Assembly: GCA_963514005.1 (NCBI GenBank)
Contig: OY740791.1
Location: 45,818,001-45,882,000 of the forward strand
DNA from: Raja brachyura
Taxonomy: Eukaryota
Direction: 5' to 3'
DNA length: 64,000 bases
The notes under the pieces are model-generated. The model did not search any database, was not told where the DNA came from, and worked only from the letters and a program-made list of their open reading frames with translations. Below are positions 37,739 to 51,396 of the stretch, one piece after another; within the stretch, counting starts at the first letter, position 1; every line of letters starts with the position of its first letter. Position numbers and translations under genes: made by a program.

Positions 37739-37975
37739 NNNNNNNNNNNNNNNNNNNNNNNNNNNNNNNNNNNNNNNNNNNNNNNNNNNNNNNNNNNNNN
37801 NNNNNNNNNNNNNNNNNNNNNNNNNNNNNNNNNNNNNNNNNNNNNNNNNNNNNNNNNNNNNNNNNNNNNNNNNNNNNNNNNNNNNNNNNNNNNNNNNNNN
37901 NNNNNNNNNNNNNNNNNNNNNNNNNNNNNNNNNNNNNNNNNNNNNNNNNNNNNNNNNNNNNNNNNNNNNNNNNNN
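37739..37975. other. Assembly gap (237 N)
   Basis: Run of N preceded by (GATA)n. Confidence 1.
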
Positions 37976-38769
37976 GTCAGTCAGGAACTTTTTCCCAGGG
38001 CAAAAATGTAAAAGACGAGGGGGGAGGGGGGGGGGGGGGTCGAGGGGGGGGGGGCGCACAGCTTTAATTTCAGAGGGTGAAAGATTGAGGGAGAGATGCG
38101 GGGTATTTTTCCTTACAGAGGGTAGTGATTGGCTGGGACGCGCTGCCAGGAGGTGTTCGCGTAGGCAGACGCGATAATGGTGTTTAAAGGTCTTTTAGAT
38201 AGTTTAGCTGAGTTTATTGTCACGTGTACCGAGATACCGCGGAAAACTTCTGAATATGTTTGGAATGGGGCGGGATATGTATTAAGTGTAGGCAGTTGTG
38301 ATTAGTCTATCTTGGCATTCTGTTCGGCACAGACATTGTGGGTCACGGGCCAGTTCCCGTGTTGTATTTTTCTATGTTCTATGTTTAAAAGTATGAGAAA
38401 TTATACTGATAATTTTACATTAATTTCATTGCCACTTCTGGAACTCTGTAGACCCAACGGTAAGTGCATGCTAGCTTTAAAAGCATCACATTCTCCACAA
38501 TCAAGGAAGATTACGAATTTCAGTGATTAGTGTTTATTGCAGAGGGAATTGAGGTTTGTTTTGCTTTCTTCAGCGAATTTATCCACCAACCATTTGTTTT
38601 TTGGAAGAGATGGAATGCTGTAATGACAATAGTGGCATTTAGTTTAATTAATCTTTACTGAACGAGGGGCTCTAATTTGTGCCTGGAAATATATGAATCA
38701 GCAGCAAATAAATTGTACACACAAGAAACTGCTTGTGTCTACAATACTATTTATTAAATCCTTCTTTAC

Positions 38770-38845
38770 AAAAAGAGACACGGAATGTTGGAGTCCCTCA
38801 GCGGGTCAAGCAGCATCTCTGGAGAACCTGGATAGGTGATGTCAA
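38770..38845. mobile_element. Short Penelope-derived element, partial
   Basis: TGTTGGAGT..CTCAGCGGGTCAAGCAGCATCTCTGGAGAAC.TGGATAGGTGA. Confidence 0.7.
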
Positions 38846-39237
38846 CGGTACTTCATTGTCACCTGCACCGAGCTATAGTGAAATTCATTTCATTTTTGTA
38901 TACTGTTCAGTACATGTATCACTATACATAAGTACTTAGATACATCTTAGATAAGCACCTCAGATACAGTACAAGTGAATAGTAATCGTACACTGAGACA
39001 GTATATAGACATCGGGAATCTCCTTCAGACTCGTATGATATATGAGTCAAGAATGGAATTGTATTACGGCACCGAATACGTCAAGTTGGTGATTCCGTTC
39101 ATTGGTAGTATGTATTTATTTTGATCAAGTTTCGAATAATTATATTAAAAAAGAAGAATATGGAAGTAAATCTTTAATATTAATTTAAACTGTGCAACAA
39201 TAAATACAATAATTTTGTGCTGATTTGGGACATCACG

Positions 39238-39334
39238 GCTTTAAGAAACGATGTGCACGGGGATTTGCTGAATATCAATGCGCCCGTATTCACCAATCAG
39301 AAGTCAGGTTGGGCTTGGTGATCCGGACAGCCCT
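39238..39334 (+). promoter_or_regulatory. Promoter module of variable exon 7
   Basis: GCTTTAAGAAA 39238, ATTTG 39263 (degenerate), CCAATCAG 39293, GGTGATCC 39317; 350 bp upstream of the ATG. Confidence 0.78.
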
Positions 39335-39587
39335 CGACATTACCCACCCACTCTTACGTGAGATCAGAAGCACTGAAGAATTGAATGGCGAGCAGCTCGC
39401 AGAATTTCTGCGATAATCCACTGGTAACTATGAACAAAATTAGAAGATGGACATGAAATGATCCGTGTGATTTATGGTACAGCTGAAGTGTGGAACATCG
39501 CGGTTTAAATGCATAAGAAATCCAAATAAAGAGACCATTAATGTTGGCGTCACGAACTGAAAGACATTGGAATGATTTACACTGGAA

Positions 39588-42041
39588 ATGAGGTACAAAA
39601 TATATTGGCTGCTAAAATGTCGATTGCTCTGCTGCCTCTTCTCTTCATGGGGTATGGTTTCGGGGACGATTCGTTATTCGATTCCTGAGGAGCTGCAACT
39701 GGGAGCCTTTGTTGGGAACCTCGCAGACGATTTGGGTTTAGATATAAATCAGCTATCGACACGAGGTTCCCGCATCGTGGCCGGTTCCAAAAAAATATAT
39801 ATGGACATCAATTTGGACAATGGAATTCTCTTTGTGAAGAAAAAAATCGACAGAGAACAGCTATGTAAGTCGAGTATCTTTTGTGTGTTATCCTTCGACG
39901 TTTTGTTCGAAAATCCGCTGAAATTGTACACGGTTTCAGTGGAGATTCTCGATGTAAATGATAACGCTCCTATTTTTCCAGAGAGCCAAATCGGCCTTGA
40001 AATCCCGGAGCTGGCTGCACCGGGAGCCCGTTTCCTCCTCGAGTCTGCGCAGGATGCCGATGTTGGAACCAACTCCTTGCAAACTTACAAGCTCCAGCCA
40101 AACGAATATTTCTTTCTCGATGTGCAGACGCGCAGTGGGAGTGAAATGTTACCAGTATTGGTGTTGCAGAGGCCCTTGGACAGGGAAAAACAATCCATCC
40201 ACAAATTGGTCTTGGTAGCAGAAGACGGCGGTGTTCCTTTAAGATCGGGCACCGTTCAGGTTACTATAACAGTGAATGATGCAAACGATAACGTGCCTAT
40301 TTTTTCTCAGTCGGTATATAGAGTCAGCCTGCTTGAGTCCGCACCCAAGGGAACGCTTATTGTCAAATTAAACGCCACTGATCCGGACGATGGACCTAAC
40401 GGGGAGATAATGTACTCTTTCACCAGCCATAATTCAGCCAGAGTACGTAAACTTTTTGCTGTTAATTCCAAAAATGGTGAAATTAGACTGAAAGGGAATT
40501 TGGATTACGAGGAAAGTAGCACAGTTCAGATGAACGTACAAGCAATTGATATGGGTTTAAACGCAATGGCTGTGCGTTGTGATGTGTTACTGGACATTAT
40601 TGATGCCAATGATAACGTGCCCGAGGTGACGCTCACATCTCAGTCAAGCAAGGTTTTGGAAGATGCCCCTAATGGGACGGTAGTGGTATTGTTCAGTGTA
40701 GAAGACAAGGACTCGGCCCAAAATGGACAAGTGCAATGCCAAATTTCAAACAATCTGCCCTTTCGATTAGATTCGACTCTGAGGAATTATTACGAGCTCC
40801 AAATTGATCAGCCGTTGGATCGTGAGAATACGTCTAGCTATGATATGACTATAACATGCACGGATTCAGGGATCCCTCCTCTCTCATCCGAGTCAACGGT
40901 TCGTGTAGAGGTTACAGATGTAAATGACAACGCGCCACGATTTTTGCATCCCTCGTACACAGCAAACGTCGTGGAGAATAACGTTATTGGTGCTTCTATA
41001 TTACGTTTGAATGCCATCGATCCAGACGCAGGACACAATGCCCGATTGAAATTTTATTTTCTGGAGCCCGCGCTTCAAGGCACACAAGCATCGTCTTATG
41101 TATCGATTAACTCAACGAGTGGAGTCATATTCGCCGAAAGATCATTTGACTACGAACAATTGAAACACTTCCGCGTCCAGGTTCAGGTGCAGGATTGTGG
41201 AGTCCCACCGCTCACCAGTAACGTTGCAGTGGATGTTGTTATCCTCGATCAGAATGATAACGCCCCAGTCATCGTGAGTCCTTTGCCGGAATATGGGTCA
41301 ACAGTAATGGAGACAATTTCCAGATTTGCCGAACCGGGATATCTTGTGCTCAAGTTATCAGCTATAGATGCTGACAATGGTCAAAATGCCCTTCTCTCTT
41401 TCCAAATTTATCAGGCTACCCATCACGACCTTTTTACTATTTCGCCAGAGACTGGCGAAATTTGGACTACCCGACGAATCATGAGCAGGGATGCTTCGAT
41501 TCAAAGACTGGTGATTGTGGTAAAAGATAGCGGAAATCCTCCTCTTTCAGCCTCTGTGACGATATTATTGACGGTAGCAGGCGGTCACAGTCAAACATTC
41601 TCCAGTATTAACAGTGTTACTGAAAATACCGGGTTCACTTTGGATCTGAGTTTTTCCTTGGTCATAATCTTAGGAATAACATCCAGCGTTTTATTTGTTA
41701 TTTTAGTCATACTCGGATTTATTGTTCATAGAAACAGACAAGGATTGGGAGGGCAGCGCTGTTCCCTGTGCGTTTGTTGTTGTTTTGGACCAGGGGCATC
41801 TCTGAATGGAATTCAAAAGGCCAGTAGAAGCCTTCAGATCCCTCCTAATTACGTAGAGGTATTCGGGGGCGATCCACTTTCTCAACGATTTCGATACGAA
41901 TCGTGCTCAACGTTGCAATCGACGAATGCCAAAGCTTACGGGCAACCTGCAGACAAGCATTATGTCCAGACAGAGTTTTTCAGGAAAGGCAAACCTGAAA
42001 AGGGGAATTTGGACAATTGCAGCAGCACTGTAAACAACGAG
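39588..42041 (+). CDS. Clustered protocadherin variable exon 7; 818 codons
   Basis: ORF 39588..42068; donor GAG|GTGAGA, GT at 42042. Confidence 0.96.
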
Positions 42042-42654
42042 GTGAGACCTTTCTTTAAAAAAAAGTAGATGTATTTATTCATTTAATGTTGCCATATTGG
42101 AGAATGGTTGGACTGAAGTCACACCTTCGGGCTTATCTTTTAATGTAATCCTCATTTAGGTTTCTGAGCATCGCTGTTTCTTTGTTTTAAACCAGTCTGT
42201 GGCATTGCCCACACACAACGATACTTTGTTCACTCTCTCTGAATCTTGACAATTATATTCACTAAAAATCTGCAAATATAGTGTTGTTAAGCCTACTCAA
42301 TAACGAAATCGATAGATTATCTGTTTACAGCAGAAATTTAAATCATGTGTGCATCGAGGAAAGGTCCAAAGATGAGATATGTTATGATCAATTATGATGC
42401 AGGCTCCATACCTTTCATGGAGGACTTCAATTATGATATTCGATGCCGATAACACCGTGTCCCCTAAGATATTATCAAAGCCTAAACACCACGTGGTTTC
42501 ATGGATACACTGAAAATGTACTTGAGCATATTAAGTATCTGCATGCAATAGGTAGACTTCAATGTCGTGTGTACTTACACTTGACTAGGACAAGAAAAAC
42601 AAAATCATAGCATGTATATCACCAGACATTTATAACATGTTTCGTATGTTTTTT

Positions 42655-45600
42655 GAGCTTAGTTTATTGTCACGTGTACAGGGGAAGAGTGAAAAACTTG
42701 TGTTACCTGCTAACCATTTAGCGGAAGAAACAGTGCACAATTACAATCGAGATGTACAGATAGAGGATAAAGGGAATAACGTGAATAACGTTTAGTGCAA
42801 GATAAAGTGCAATAATAGACCATAGGTGCCGGAGTAGGCCATTCGGCCCTTTGAGCCAGCACCACCATTCACTGTGACCATGGCTGATCATCCACATTCA
42901 GTACTTCGTTCCTGCCGTCTCACCGTATCCCCATGACTGCGCAATCTTTAAGAGCTCTATCTAACTGTCTCTTGAAAGGATCCAGAGAATTGGCCTCCAC
43001 TGCCTTCTGAGGCAGATAATTCCACAAATTCACAACTCTGGGTAAAACAGTTTTTCCTCATCTCCGTTCTAAATCGCCTCTCCCTTATTCTTAAACTGTG
43101 GCCCCTGGTTCTGGACTCCCCAACATCGGGAACATGTTTCCTGCCTCTAGCGTGTCAAATCCCTTAATAATCCTATATGTTTCAATAATATCCCCTCCAA
43201 ATTCCAGAGTATACATGCCCAGCCGTTCCATTCTATCAAAATATGAAAGCCCACCATCCTGGGAATTAACCTTGTGCACTCCCTCAATAGCAAGAATGTC
43301 CTTCCACAAATTTGGACATTAAAACTGCACACAATACTCCAGGTGTGCTCACTTGGGCCCTGCACAGCTCCAGGAGGACCGCTTTGCTCCTATACTCAAC
43401 TCCTCTTGTTATGAAGGCCAACATGGCATTAGCTGCCTGCTGTACCTGCATGCATACTTTCAGTCAGTGATGAACAAGGACCCCCAGATCTCTTTGCACT
43501 TCCCTTTTTCCCAACTGGACACCATTCAGATAATAATCTGCCTTCCTGTTTTTGCCACCAAAGTGGATAACCTCACATTTATCCACATTAAACTGCAGCT
43601 GCCATGAATCCACCCACTCACCCAACCTGTCCAAGTCACCCTGCATCCTCATAGCATCCTTCCCACAGTTCACACTGCCACCCAGCTTTGTCTCATCAGC
43701 AACTTTGCTGATGTTACTTTGAATCCCTTAACCTAAATCATTTATGTATATTGTAAATAGCTGCGGTCCCAGCACCGAGCCTTGCAGTACCCCACTAGTC
43801 ACTGCCTGCCATTATGAAAGAAACATGATAATCCCCACTCTTTGTTTCCTGTCTGCTAACCAATTTTCCATCCATGTCAGCACCCTACCCCAAATCCATG
43901 TACTCTAATTTTGCCCACTAATCTCCTATGTGGTACGTTATCAAATGCTTTCTGAAAGTGCAGGTACCTCCACTGGCTCACCCTTGTCCATTTTCCTAGT
44001 TACATCCTCAAAAAATTCCAGAAGATTAGTCAAGCATGATTTCCCCTTTGCAAATCCATGCTGACTCGGACAGATCCAGTTTCTGCTTTCCAAATGTGCC
44101 GCTATTTCATCGTTTATAATTGACTCCAGCATCTTCCCCACCACCGAAGTCAGGCTAACTGGTCTATAATTCCCTGTTTTCTCTCTCCCGCCTTTCTTAG
44201 AAAGTGGGAAAACATTAGCTACCCTCCAATCCACAGGAACTAATCCCGAATCTATAGACCATTGGAAAATGCGTCCACGATACCTAGAGCCACTTCCTTA
44301 AGTAGCCTTGGATGCAGACCATCAGGCCCTGTAGATTTATCAGCCGTCCGTCCCTTCAGTCAACCCAACACAATTTCCTGCCTAATGTGAATTTCCTTCA
44401 GTTCATCCATTACCCTAGATCCTCTGGCCACTAGCCCATCAGGGAAATTGTTTGTGTCTTCCTTAGTGAAGATGGATCTAAAGTACATGTTCAAGTTGCC
44501 TGCCATTTCTATATTCCCTGTAATAAATTCACCCGTTTCAGTCTCCAAGAGTCCAACTTTGGTCTTAACTATTTTTTTCCTCTTCACATACGTAAAGAAG
44601 CTGTTACTATCCTTCTTTATATTCTTGGCTAGCTTTCCTTCGTACCCCATCGTTTCTCCCCGTATTGCCTCTGGTTATCTTCTATTGCTCTTTCAAAGTT
44701 ACCCAATCCTCTGGCTTCCCGCTCGTCTTTGCTATGTTTTACTTCTCTTTTATGTTTATACTGTTCTTGACTTCCTTTGTCAGCCACGACCGCCCCTTAC
44801 TCCCCTTGGAATATTTGGAATTAACTGATCCTGCACCTTCTGTATTATTCCCAGAAATACCTGCCGTTGTTGTTCCACTGTCATCCCTGCCAGGGTATCG
44901 TTCCAGTCAATTTGGCCAGCATCCCCCTCATGGCTGCACAGTCCCATTTTTTGTATTTGTAACACTGACACTTCCGAAATTTCCCTTCTCCCTCACAAAT
45001 TGTAGATTAAAACTTATCATTATGGTCACTAGCTTTACCTCGAGTCCCCATATCAAATCCGGTTCATTACACAACACTAAATCCAGAATTCCCTTCTCCC
45101 TGGTTGACTCCAGTACAAGTTGCTGTAAGAATCCATCACGGAAGTACTCCACAACCTCCATTTCTTGGGGCCCAATACCAACCTTATTTTCCCAGTCTAC
45201 CTGCATGTTGAAAGTTCCCATAACAACCATAGCATTGCCTTTGCGACATGCCAATTTTAACTTTTGATTCAACTTGTACCCTATATGCAGGCTACTGTTT
45301 GGGGGCCTGGAGATTACGCCCATTAGGGTCTTTTTACCCTAACAAAATTATCAGTTCTATTCACAGCGACTCTACATCTGCTGATTCTATGTCACCCCTC
45401 GCAAGGGACTGGATTACATTCCTCACCAACAGAGCTACCCCACCTGCCTGCCTTTTCAATACGACATATACCCTTGAATATTCCGTTCCCAGCTCCGATC
45501 CTCTTGCAGCCATGTCTCTGTAATTCCCACAACATCATACTTGCTAATTTCTAACAGAGTCTCAAGCTCATCCACTTTATTTCGTATACTTTGTGCATTC

Positions 45601-47150
45601 ATATATAATACGTTTAATCAATTTCTCCCCTCACACTTCACATTGATTCCTATTTAACTTGGCCTTACTCTCCTATCCCTTCCCGAGCTTTCTGCCCCGT
45701 TAATTCTGGTGTATTTCTTAACTTTTCATATATTCTCTTTCCCTTTAACCCCATCCTTATATCTCCAGTCGTCTCCCACCACTATTTAGTTTAAACCCGC
45801 CCATGTTGCAGTGGCAAAAGTGCCTAACAGAATGCTGATCACCCTCCTGTTAAGGTGCAACCTGTCCTTTTTGTACAATTTACTTTTCCCCCAAACAGAT
45901 CCCAGTGGTCTAACAAAGCAAATCCCTGCCACCCGCACCAGGTCATCAGCCACGCATTCAGATCCTCTGTTCATTCACTCACCAGCACGAAGAACTGGAA
46001 GCAAATCGGATATAACCACCCAGGAGGCCCTGCTTTTCAGCCTTCTTCCGAGTTCTCTGATGTCACGCTGCAGAATGTCGTTCCTCTTCCTCTCGACATC
46101 ATTTGTGCCGAGATGCTCTACCACTTCCCTTCACCCTTGAGAATGCTCTGCAATCGGTCCGTGACGTCCTGTATCCTGGCACCAGCGAGGCAACACACCA
46201 GCCTTGACTCCCACCTGTTGCCGCAGAAACCCCTGGCTGTACCTCTCACGATGGAGTCCCCGACTACCATGGCTCCGTCTGACCTCCGTCTCTTCGGGTT
46301 TGCCCCAGCGTCACCTTTTGACTCGAATTCCTGTCCCTCGCACATAATGGCAGTGTCTTCTGTCCCGACAGCTTCCAAGAGGGCGAACCTGTTTTCAAGA
46401 GGTATATCCTCCGGGATTTCCTGTACTCCAAGCTTCCTTCCCTTCCCCATCGTCACCCACCTGCTCTCTTCGGGTTTTTTCGGTGTAACGATCTCGCTGT
46501 AGGTCCAGTCTAGGAAACTCCCGTTTTCCCGGATGATCCTGAGGTTATCAAGTTGCTTCTCCAATGCCTCAACACGGTCCTTCAGGAGCAGAACCTGGAC
46601 ACACTTTCCACAGTTGTAGCAGCCAGAGGCACCATCAGTGTCGGTGACCTCCCACATCCTGCAAGCCTCACACTGAATCAGCTTACCCGTCATATCTTCA
46701 CCACGTCCAATCCTCTCCAACGGCTCCTATCCTCACCCGCCTCGCCAAAGACTCGCACTTCCCTCGACAAGGCACTTCCCCCGACAAGGCACTTCCCCAA
46801 CTGGTCGCTCCCCTAGTGCAAACTTTCTTATAATGGCTGATTGATTGCCTAATTCGCCAATTTACAAATTTGCAAATTAAATTCCGCAGCCAATTCCTGC
46901 TTAATTAAATTCCTGCTCTCCTTCACCTACTACCGACCTCTCAGCCAATCCTCACCCTTTCCCTCTGATTCACCGACTTCCAGCCAATACTAGCTCTCGC
47001 TGCTTCTGGCTGCTCCTTCTCTCCTACCATCACGGTAAAAATGTCAGATGATGCCCGAAAATGTCCGATGAAAGATAGTCCACGGGTCTCCAATGAGGTA
47101 CATGGTAGCTGAGGACTGCTCTTTAGTTGTTGGTAGGGTGGTTTAGTTGC
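42655..47150 (-). mobile_element. Rex/Babar-like LINE 3' remnant (about 42655-42810 and 47060-47150), split by the CR1 insertion
   Basis: AGTTTATTGTCACGTGTAC terminus (also seen near 38211). The sequence AACGTTTAGTGCAAGATAAAGT appears to resume as CCGAT.AAAGATAGTCC after the CR1. The family assignment is from memory of such elements. Confidence 0.5.
42810..47030 (-). mobile_element. Near full-length, inactivated CR1 LINE (5' UTR, ORF1 zinc finger + SGNH esterase, ORF2 APE endonuclease + reverse transcriptase, 3' UTR)
   Basis: 46118..46720: CEAC...CGKC and VVGDSIVRG..CCLAGARIQDV. 45786: DRLHLN. 44928: GVISRPPNS..VVMGTFN..ILDLVL. 43941: DWRVANVFPL.KKG..GNYRPVSLTS..QHGF.KGKSCLTNLLEFFE. The RT FADD motif reads VADE near 43690-43710. 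Many stops and frameshifts. Confidence 0.95.
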
Positions 47151-47424
47151 GAAATATTGGAATGAGACATAGGATAGTAAATCAGATTACCTAACAACTG
47201 AACATGACGTCGTTTAAATTTTGGGGGCTATTTCCGGATACGGACAAGTGTTCTCCCCTATTATAAATCAAAAAAGTGAAATTGAGATATTTTGGGTTGT
47301 AGCATTCTGTTGCATTCAGTCAGCGACTGCTCTACTTGAAATCAAACATTGAGTGGTATTTTGAGCGATATTTTGAAGGTTTGTCAATTTAAATTAAAAT
47401 GTGTAATGTAGTGTATTGTATTGT

Positions 47425-47625
47425 TGAGCACATAAATAGACCCTTTGGCCCAACTCTTCCAAGGTAAATGCAGTAAACTAATCTAATTTGCCCGCGTTGG
47501 CCCAGATCCCTCTAAACTGTTCCTATACATTTATCCGATGTATTGTTCCAATGTATTATAAATGCTATTATAGGACCTGCCTCAACCGACTCCCCCGGCA
47601 ACTCGTTCTGTATACCCACCTCAAT
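47425..47625 (-). mobile_element. Old CR1 3' end fragment
   Basis: AGACCCTTTGGCCCAACT...TTTGCCCGCGTTGGCCCA.ATCCCTCTAAAC...ACCTGCCTCAACC..CTCC..GGCA.CTCGTTC. Confidence 0.55.
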
Positions 47626-47879
47626 TGAATCTTGAGCAATCATTGCTGACTGATTCAGCTCTTATGGAAAGACTTATAGAAAGATTGTCATTGATAAAGC
47701 AGCTGAAGATGGTTAGGCTCAAGATACTGCCTCGAGGAACTTCTTCAGTGATGACCTGGGGCAGGGATCATTGACGCCAACAACCACAACCACCCTTTCA
47801 ACTTCTGAGTGCAAATGTGGCCTTTCACGTTTCCGTTGTATCTCCCCCCTTCTCATGTAAATAACAATGTTTCATTATT

Positions 47880-48180
47880 CAACGTCACCCACTCCTTCTT
47901 TCCAGAGATGCTGCCTGTTCAGCTGAGTTACTCCAGTATTTTGTGTCTATCTTCGATTTAAACCAGCATCTGCAGTTCTTTCCTGCACAATAATGTTTCA
48001 TTGTTCATTTTTGCGTCAGATATTTGCATCGCACTTACATCAGTTGTTTTCACGTGACACACGCAACGTACGCGCGCGAAGACAGAGACAAAATGTTGGA
48101 GCAACTGAGCAGGCCTGGCCGCATCTCTGGAGAAAATGAGTAGATTAAGTTTTGGGTCGAGACCTTTCTTCAGTATGTAC
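47880..48180. mobile_element. Two short Penelope-derived elements in opposite orientation
   Basis: AACGTCACC..TCCAGAGATGCTGCCTG..GCTGAGTTACTCCAG at 47881-47990, and the complementary-sense copy at 48083-48175. Confidence 0.75.
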
Positions 48181-48589
48181 TCTAACTCGTATTGTCCCTT
48201 CCGCCCAAGGTCCATTTAGTCTTTTTTGTTTGTTTATATCGGTCACAAATCTCCCAAATGCCCAGCACACTCTGTTCTCAAAGTCATTCTGTAATTAAAT
48301 CATAAGAACTTGCCTCTGTTGGCAAGAATACAATAAAACTATAGTGTTGCTATTCGTCAAGTTTAATTAAATAATGTGTACAGATATATCAAGAAAACAT
48401 AGGAATGCGTATGACATATTAAGTATGTGCATATTGTACAAGTGGGAAATATTACTATATATATTTCACTTTATAACATTCAACCTGGAATAAATTGGCA
48501 ATTAATATTTCATATTTAAGAGGGTAAATATTTTTAGCTGCTCAGTTGTAAATGTTAATTTTAACTGCATGATCCGAGAAAACAGTGCT

Positions 48590-48686
48590 GCTTTAAGAAA
48601 TGACCATGGCAGAGATTGGTCGAATTTGAGGGATTCCGTTTGCCAATCAGGAGCTGCGATGTGACTGGAGATCTGGACTGCCCCCT
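48590..48686 (+). promoter_or_regulatory. Promoter module of variable exon 8
   Basis: GCTTTAAGAAA 48590, ATTGG 48615, CCAATCAG 48643, GGAGATCT 48667; 347 bp upstream of the ATG. Confidence 0.8.
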
Positions 48687-48936
48687 TCCCTCCTCATCCA
48701 CCATCACAGACATACATACAGTGTGAATCTGAATGGCGGACTGCGAAATGTTTCCTTGGTTCATTCGGCTACCAGGGAGTTTCGGAGAAAGAAGGTTTGT
48801 CGGACTCGAACGGCCCATTCTCTTATGTCTTTCAGCGCCTGTTCATCAAGAAAATTATATATCAAGAACTTAATTTTCAGGACTGAAAGAGCGGCGCCGC
48901 AATGCGCTGAAGCAACTGGAATGCTTTGTGCCGGCG

Positions 48937-51396
48937 ATGGGATATTATCGAGTATTATGGATGTTAAACTGGCAACTGTTCTATTGCGTTGTTTTCGACT
49001 GGGTTGTGGCTTCTGGACAGATTCGCTATTCGATCCCTGAAGAACTCCAACTCGGCGCCTTTGTTGGAAATATTGCAGACGATCTGGGGCTACGTACAAA
49101 GGAGCTCACGGCTCGCAATTTTCAGATTGTGCCCGGTTCCCGGAAACAGTATTTGGAGGTAAATTTAGACAATGGAATTATGTTTGTTAAACAAAGAATC
49201 GACAGGGAACAGTTGTGTGGAGCAAGCCTAACATGCACATTGTCTTTGGAAGCTGTAGTCGAAAATCCTCTGACCGTGTATCGCATTGAAGTGGAGATTC
49301 AGGACGTAAATGATAATACTCCCACTTTCCCGAACAGCCAGATACGCCTTAAAATTTCAGAGCATGCAGCGCCGGGAGCGCGCTTTCCCTTGGAGGGTGC
49401 ACGGGACTCGGACGTTGGAACAAATTCCTTGCAGACCTACCAGCTGACTGCCAACGAATATTTCACATTAGACATTGACTCACGCGGTGGGGACCGCAAG
49501 TTTGCAGTGCTAGTGCTGGATCGATCTTTGGATAGAGAAAAGCAAGCGACATACAAGTTGGAACTGCTCGCCAAAGACGGGGGGGTCCCTGCTAAGACGG
49601 GCATTGCTGAGATAATAATTGTAGTGCAGGACGAAAACGACAATGCACCTGGTTTTCCAAACTCCGTTTACAGAGTTAGTATCCTAGAAAATGTGCCCAA
49701 AGGAACGCTGGTTATCAAATTAAACGCCACGGATTTAGATTATGGCTCCAATGGCGACATATTGTACTCGTTCAGCAGTCAATCGTCTGTTAGAGCCCGT
49801 GAATCGTTTTATGTGGATTCCAGAACGGGGGAAATCAGAGTCAAGGGAAATCTGGACTATGAGGAGGAAAGTATATTTGAGATTAACATACAGGCACTGG
49901 ACCAGGGTATTAATCCAAGTGCCGGATACTGTCACGTCGTGGTTAACATTATAGATGTCAATGACAACGCCCCTGAGGTGAAGTTAACCTCTTTGTTCAG
50001 CCCAGTCCGCGAGGACTCACCACCCGGGACCGTTGTGGCTTTGATTGGTGCATCGGACGCTGACTCTGGAGATAATGGGCAGGTAGATTGTGAAATCGCA
50101 GCGAGACTGCCTTTCACGTTGGATTCGTCTCTGAGAAATTATTACAGGCTACTTACACATCGGCGGCTGGACAGAGAAAATACCTCTAGATATGACATTC
50201 CTATTATGTGCAGTGATTCTGGCTCTCCTCCCCTCGTCTCCAGGAAAACCATTGCAGTGGAAGTTTCGGATATAAATGACAATCCGCCGCATTTTACGCA
50301 GTCTACCTACACGGCTTACGTGATGGAGAATAACGTCATTGGGGCACCAATCATCACAGTCATGGCTGTTGATGTAGATTTGAGTCAGAACTCCCAATTA
50401 TATTACTCTGTTCTGGAGAGCCAAGCGCTGGGCGAGTCTGCGTCCACTTACGTCAGGGTCAATCCCAAAAACGGCGACATATTTGCTCAGAGAACGTTCG
50501 ACTACGAGCAACTGAAAAACTTCCAGATCCAAGTCCAGGCCATGGATTCTGGGGAGCCGCCACACACTGCCACCACATTCGTGGATGTAGTTATCCTTGA
50601 CCAGAATGATAACGCTCCGGTGATCGTGCATCCTGACACAGAGTACGGTTCAACAGCGTCGGAGACAATATCCCGCTCTGCAGACCCAGGCTACCTGGTC
50701 ACCAAGATTACAGCCACTGATGCTGACTCGGGTCAGAATGCACGACTCTCCTACCAGATTCTCCAGTCGACTGACCTGGGACTTTTCACTATCTCCCCCG
50801 ATACAGGAGAAATCTGGACAATCCGCAGCTTCGCAAGAAAAGATGCAAACAAGCAAAGGCTGATTGTTGTTGTGAACGATAATGGGACCCCAACACTCTC
50901 TGCCACGATGACCCTCGTCTTGTCGGTGGCAGAAGACAACACAGAAATTCTTTCTCGTGTCAACAACTTAACTGAAGATGCTGGCGAGATAAGCTTTTAC
51001 TTAGTTATAGCTTTAGGCATCATCTCTTCCACTTTCTTACTCATTTTGATTGGCCTTGCTATCACAGTGTACAAAAACAGACACGGATTTGGGGGATATA
51101 CGTGTTCCCTGGATACATGCTGTTGCTTTTCAACGAGGTCCTCACTGAATAACTTCCAAAAGGGCAGGAGAAATATTCAGATACCGCCGAATTATGTCGA
51201 AGTATTTGGAGGCGATCCTCTTTCTCAACGGTACCGCTACGGAACCTGTTCCACTTCCACTTCCAGCAAAGGAGATTTTTTGCACTCCAACGGGTGCAGT
51301 TCGTCTACCGCCAGGAATTATGGCAGGGGCGAAATTGTGTGCAATAATGAACAGTCACAGTCATCGCATTCTAACAATTATAGCAACATTGGTGAG
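48937..51396 (+). CDS. Clustered protocadherin variable exon 8; 820 codons
   Basis: The track starts at GTG 48928; the aligned ATG is at 48937 (MGYYRVLW). Donor GAG|GTGAGG, GT at 51397. Confidence 0.95.

Larger units (their letters stand above)
36470..38385 (+). mobile_element. Degenerate CR1 3' fragment interrupted by Helitrons and an assembly gap
   Basis: LDKPGLFSLKRQRLKGELI at about 36482 (the CR1 LxxLGLFSLExRRLRGDLI motif). CR1-like sequence resumes at 37976 and ends in TTTCTATGTTCTATGT near 38380. Confidence 0.65.

Noticed and set aside
46118-46720. 200-aa zinc-finger/esterase ORF as a host gene
   Set aside because: It is CR1 ORF1, collinear with the degraded endonuclease and RT, and is itself broken by a frameshift or stop.
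48675-48692. GACTGCCCCCTTCCC as a reverse CTCF site in the fourth promoter block
   Set aside because: Only the GCCCCCT half matches; the required xxTGG half is absent here and in the other promoters.
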